Of a stretch of 9,749 bases of DNA, positions 7,367-9,749 are shown in pieces; position 1 is the stretch's first letter, and every line of letters begins with the position of its first letter. Source of the stretch: Fonticula alba ATCC 38817 (Eukaryota > Protista > Nucleariida); NCBI GenBank assembly GCA_000388065.2, contig KB932214.1, one strand, 5' to 3'. Under the pieces are notes generated by a model. That model was not told where the DNA came from and did not search any database. It saw only the letters and a program-made list of their open reading frames with translations. Position numbers and translations under genes: made by a program.

Positions 7367-9293
7367 AGGTGTGCCAGGCGGGCGCCGCCGGCCTGGGCGA
7401 AGTGACGATGCAGCGAGGTCAGCTCGGCCAGCGGGTCGTCCGTGGTATCGAGCTCCGGGCTGATGGTGTCCTGGCTGGCATCCCCGTCGAGGACCATGGC
7501 GTCGGCCGTCGAGTCGCCCTGGAGCAGCAGCTGCTGCTGCTTGTTCGAGAGCAGGCTGCCAGGGATCGGGAGGCCGACCTTGGCCGACCCGCCGCCGCCG
7601 CCGCCGCCGCCGCCCGGCGACTGGACCAGCGGCCCTGGAGGAGAGGGCGAGAGCGGCTTGGCGCCGGCCGCGGCGGACGCCAGCACAAGGGCCTGGTCGT
7701 CCCCGGGGCGGCCGGGGCCGGGGTTGCTGCCGGTGTTGGTGTTGCGCAGGGCGGCGGCGGTGGCGGCGGCCACCGCGGCCACCTGGCCGAAGGGCTGGAA
7801 CTGTGGCATCTGCGGCATCTGCTGCATCTGTTGCATCTGCTGCATTTGCTGCATCTGCTGCATCTGCTGCATTTGCTGCATCTGTTGCATCTGCTGCATC
7901 TGCTGGAGCTGCTGCAGTTGCTGGAGCTGCTGCAGCTGCTGCTGGGGGTGCGTGGGGCCCAGCAGCGAGCTGGGGAGCGTGATGCCAGAGGAAGAGGAAG
8001 AAGAGGAGGAGGAGGGGGAGGGGGAGGAGCGCGAAGTGGCCGAGGCTGCGGCGGCCGTGATCAGCGGCACCGTGGTCGGCGACGAGCCGGCCGAGGCCGA
8101 GGAAGCCACCGCGGCCTTGACCGTGGCCATGGCCGCGTCGAAGGCGCTCGTGGGCGTCGCGCCGGCGTCGGGCCCATCGGCCGGGGGCGAGGCGGCGTGC
8201 TTCTTGCGCGCGGCCAGCAGGCCGGCGTCGGGCTCGTCGGCCGAGCGCTTACCGGCGGGCGTGCCGGCCGGGGCGTCGGCGGCATCGGCCCCGGCATCGG
8301 CCTGCTGCGGGGCCTGTTGCTGCTGCTGCTGCTGCTGCTGCATGAGGGACGGCCCCAGCATGTTGGCCAGGATGCTGCTGATCTGGCCGGCGGTGGTGGC
8401 GGCGGCGGCTGCGGCCGCGGCCGAGGTCGGGCTGCTGCCGCCACCGCTGCCGGCGGTGCCATTGGAGCCGGCAGGGTCGTTGGAGCTGGCGAGGGCATTG
8501 GGCCCGGTGGCGGCGGGGGTGGCGGTCGCCATGGCCGCCGCCGCCGCCGCCGCCGCGCCCAGCGGCGATGGCAATGGCGATGAGGCGCCCGAGGGGGAGG
8601 AGGCCGTGGCCGCGGTCAGGGCCGCCGCCGCGGCCGCCGCCGATCGCAGCCCGCTCTTCATGGCCATCTCCAGGGCCGCGGTCGCAAGCGGGTCCGGGGT
8701 TTGAACCGGCGAGGTGGCCCCGGCGGCGGCGGCGGCAGCAGCAGTCGGGGACAGCGGCCCGGCCGGCGACGAGGGCAGCGGGGCCGCCTTGGCAGGGCCG
8801 GCGTCCAGCAGCCCCCCGGCCGGGGTGCCGGCCGTGATGACCCCCAGCGACATGAGCGCCTGGCTGGTGGTGGTGGGAGTGCTGCCGGGCGAGGAGGACG
8901 TCGTGCCGGCGCTCTCCTCGGAGGCGGACTTGTTGCCGGCCCCGGCGAAGAACCCGGCATTGGTGGCGGCCGACAAGTCGGCCAGCGACTGCGACGAGAG
9001 GGACAGCAGGCGCTGGGTCGGCAGGCCGGACAGGGCGGCGATCTTGGCCACGGCGGCCGACGTGGGGCTGGCCGAGCGCCGGAGCGACTCGACCATGGCG
9101 GCGGCCGTATCGCCAGCCAGGTCCAGGCTGTCCGGGCGCTTGTTGGCCAGCGACATGAGGGCGTTGGCCGCGGGGTCGATGTCGTCCGGGGCGGCCCCGG
9201 CGGTGTTGGCGCTGGCGCTGGCGCTGGCGCCGGTGTTGGCGGGCGTGGGCTCGCCTGTCGCGGGGCTGGCACCCACCGGCGACCCGGGGCGCG

Positions 9294-9330
<37 letters not shown>

Positions 9331-9612
9331 GGACAGCAGGGCCGAGGTGGCACTCATGAGCAGGTCCACCGACAGCTTGCTCATGTCCAGGGACTCGCTG
9401 GAAGGGGTCTCGTTGGGGGTGGGAGTGGCGGCGGCGGCGGCGGCGGCTGTGGAGGTGGAGGTGGCCGGGGTGGCGCCTCCGGGGGAGGCGGGGGAGGTGG
9501 CCCCGGGGGTGGTGGCGATGGTGTCGGCGACGACCGGCGACTCGACCGGCGAGCCGGCGCCGGGGAGCACGTCAGCCGGGGCGAAGGGCGGCCCGGCCGG
9601 GAGGGGAGTCAT
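6688..9612 (-). CDS. Exon 1 (975 codons) of a giant low-complexity C2H2 zinc-finger transcription regulator; contains fingers 1 and 2 (tandem CWCH2 pair)
   Basis: ATG at 9612, with an in-frame TGA upstream at 9711-9709. Strongly C/G-ending codons throughout. Ends ...HLRSHTKER (CGG) immediately before a GTATGT donor at 6687. The 5' end is uncertain because an acceptor-like tract precedes the ATG. Confidence 0.85.
6700..6774 (-). other. Zinc finger 2: CLWDGCWREAPYAERTKLVQHLRSH (C-x4-C-x14-H-x3-H, CWCH2 type; aa 947-971)
   Basis: Direct translation. The extended C-to-H spacing resembles finger 2 of GLI/AEBP2-type proteins. Confidence 0.9.
6802..6855 (-). repeat. Poly-Ala tract (A18) inside the finger 1-finger 2 linker
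   Basis: Mixed GCC/GCG/GCT codons, counted from the sequence. Confidence 0.95.
7015..7086 (-). other. Zinc finger 1: CRWDGCGSQMLTLEDLVVHLEDYH (C-x4-C-x12-H-x4-H, CWCH2 type; aa 843-866)
   Basis: Direct translation. Cys/His spacing fits C2H2, with Trp two residues after the first Cys. Confidence 0.9.
7270..7365 (-). repeat. Poly-Gln followed by a (SQQ)5 9-bp tandem repeat
   Basis: Five near-identical cgactgctg units on the + strand, flanked by CTG runs. Confidence 0.95.
7801..7944 (-). repeat. 9-bp tandem repeat encoding Q(QQL)4(QQM)10-PQM-PQ
   Basis: cat (Met) triplets every 9 nt from 7807 to 7897 on the + strand; Leu codons every 9 nt from 7906 to 7933. Confidence 0.95.
8200..8250 (-). 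other. Candidate bipartite nuclear localisation signal KR-x12-RKK (aa 455-471)
   Basis: KRSADEPDAGLLAARKK matches the KR-x10-12-(3 basic of 5) consensus, in a protein otherwise poor in basic residues. Confidence 0.55.
9295..9327 (-). repeat. Pure (CAG)11 poly-Gln tract near the N-terminus
   Basis: Counted from the sequence. A further Q9 lies at 8314-8340. Confidence 0.95.
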
Positions 9613-9613
9613 G

Positions 9614-9650
9614 CTGACACGGGGGGAGGGGAGGGGGGGGGAGGGGCGCG
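9614..9650 (-). promoter_or_regulatory. Candidate 3' splice acceptor (C-rich tract + GTGTCAG) ending 1 nt before the ATG
   Basis: Minus strand reads ...CCCCTCCCCCCCCCTCCCCTCCCCCCGTGTCAG|C ATG, similar in style to the confirmed intron's acceptor. Confidence 0.4.
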
Positions 9651-9749
9651 CGCCGGCGACGAGGCTGCAGCGGCGGCGGCGGCGGCAGCAGCAGCAGCAG
9701 CAGGGGTGTCAGGCGGCGGCGACGGGAGGGGGAAGGGGGGCGGAGGGGG

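Noticed and set aside
2635-8583. 1982-aa plus-strand ORF with long poly-Leu runs
   Set aside because: It is in exact codon register antisense to both exons (the intron is 3n). It stays open because the GC-rich sense gene avoids TTA/CTA/TCA codons, and it ends precisely at a sense TCA (8583-8581). Poly-Leu is simply the CTG mirror of poly-Gln, and there is no domain signal.
2655-8704. Other overlapping ORFs (e.g. 2655-3293, 4061-5071, 4767-6131, 5102-6742, 6161-7081, 7052-7405, 7442-8704), including apparent Cys-rich 'metallothionein-like' CCCC/CIC/CCD tracts
   Set aside because: These are alternative-frame readings of CAG/CTG repeats in stop-poor GC-rich DNA. The Cys, Ala and Ser runs are frameshifted poly-Gln codons.
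1-9749. CRISPR array, tRNA/rRNA, transposase, terminal inverted repeats or LTRs
   Set aside because: All repeats seen are micro- or minisatellites without unique spacers. There is no transposase or reverse-transcriptase motif and no recognisable structural RNA sequence.

Overview
GC-rich eukaryotic genomic DNA (roughly 70% GC by eye), not prokaryotic. It is dominated by one very large minus-strand, two-exon gene: 9612-6688 joined to 6564-2128 across a 123-nt GT-AG intron. The predicted protein is about 2453 aa if the ATG at 9612 is the true start. It has one small folded module of three C2H2 zinc fingers (aa ~843-1002). Fingers 1 and 2 carry the tandem C-x-W-x-x-C (tCWCH2) signature of GLI/GLIS/ZIC, AEBP2/Jing and PacC/Rim101 proteins, but here they are split by an 80-aa Ala/Gly/Ser insert. 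Splicing rebuilds the H-T-K-E-R-P-F linker to finger 3. The rest (>90%) is low-complexity poly-Q/A/S/G sequence with periodic Q repeats and short amphipathic motifs, and there is a candidate bipartite NLS. The best reading is a giant, mostly disordered transcription regulator of an opisthokont/amoebozoan-type protist or fungus. The style suggests a GC-rich unicellular relative of fungi/animals such as Fonticula, but that is only inference. Left of the gene are a probable 3' UTR (candidate AATAAA at 1492-1497, TG microsatellite), a 480-N assembly gap preceded by a 61-G run, and about 850 bp of probably non-coding sequence that may hold the start of a neighbouring gene. All other listed ORFs look like shadow ORFs or artefacts. 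No RNA genes, mobile elements or CRISPR arrays are supported.
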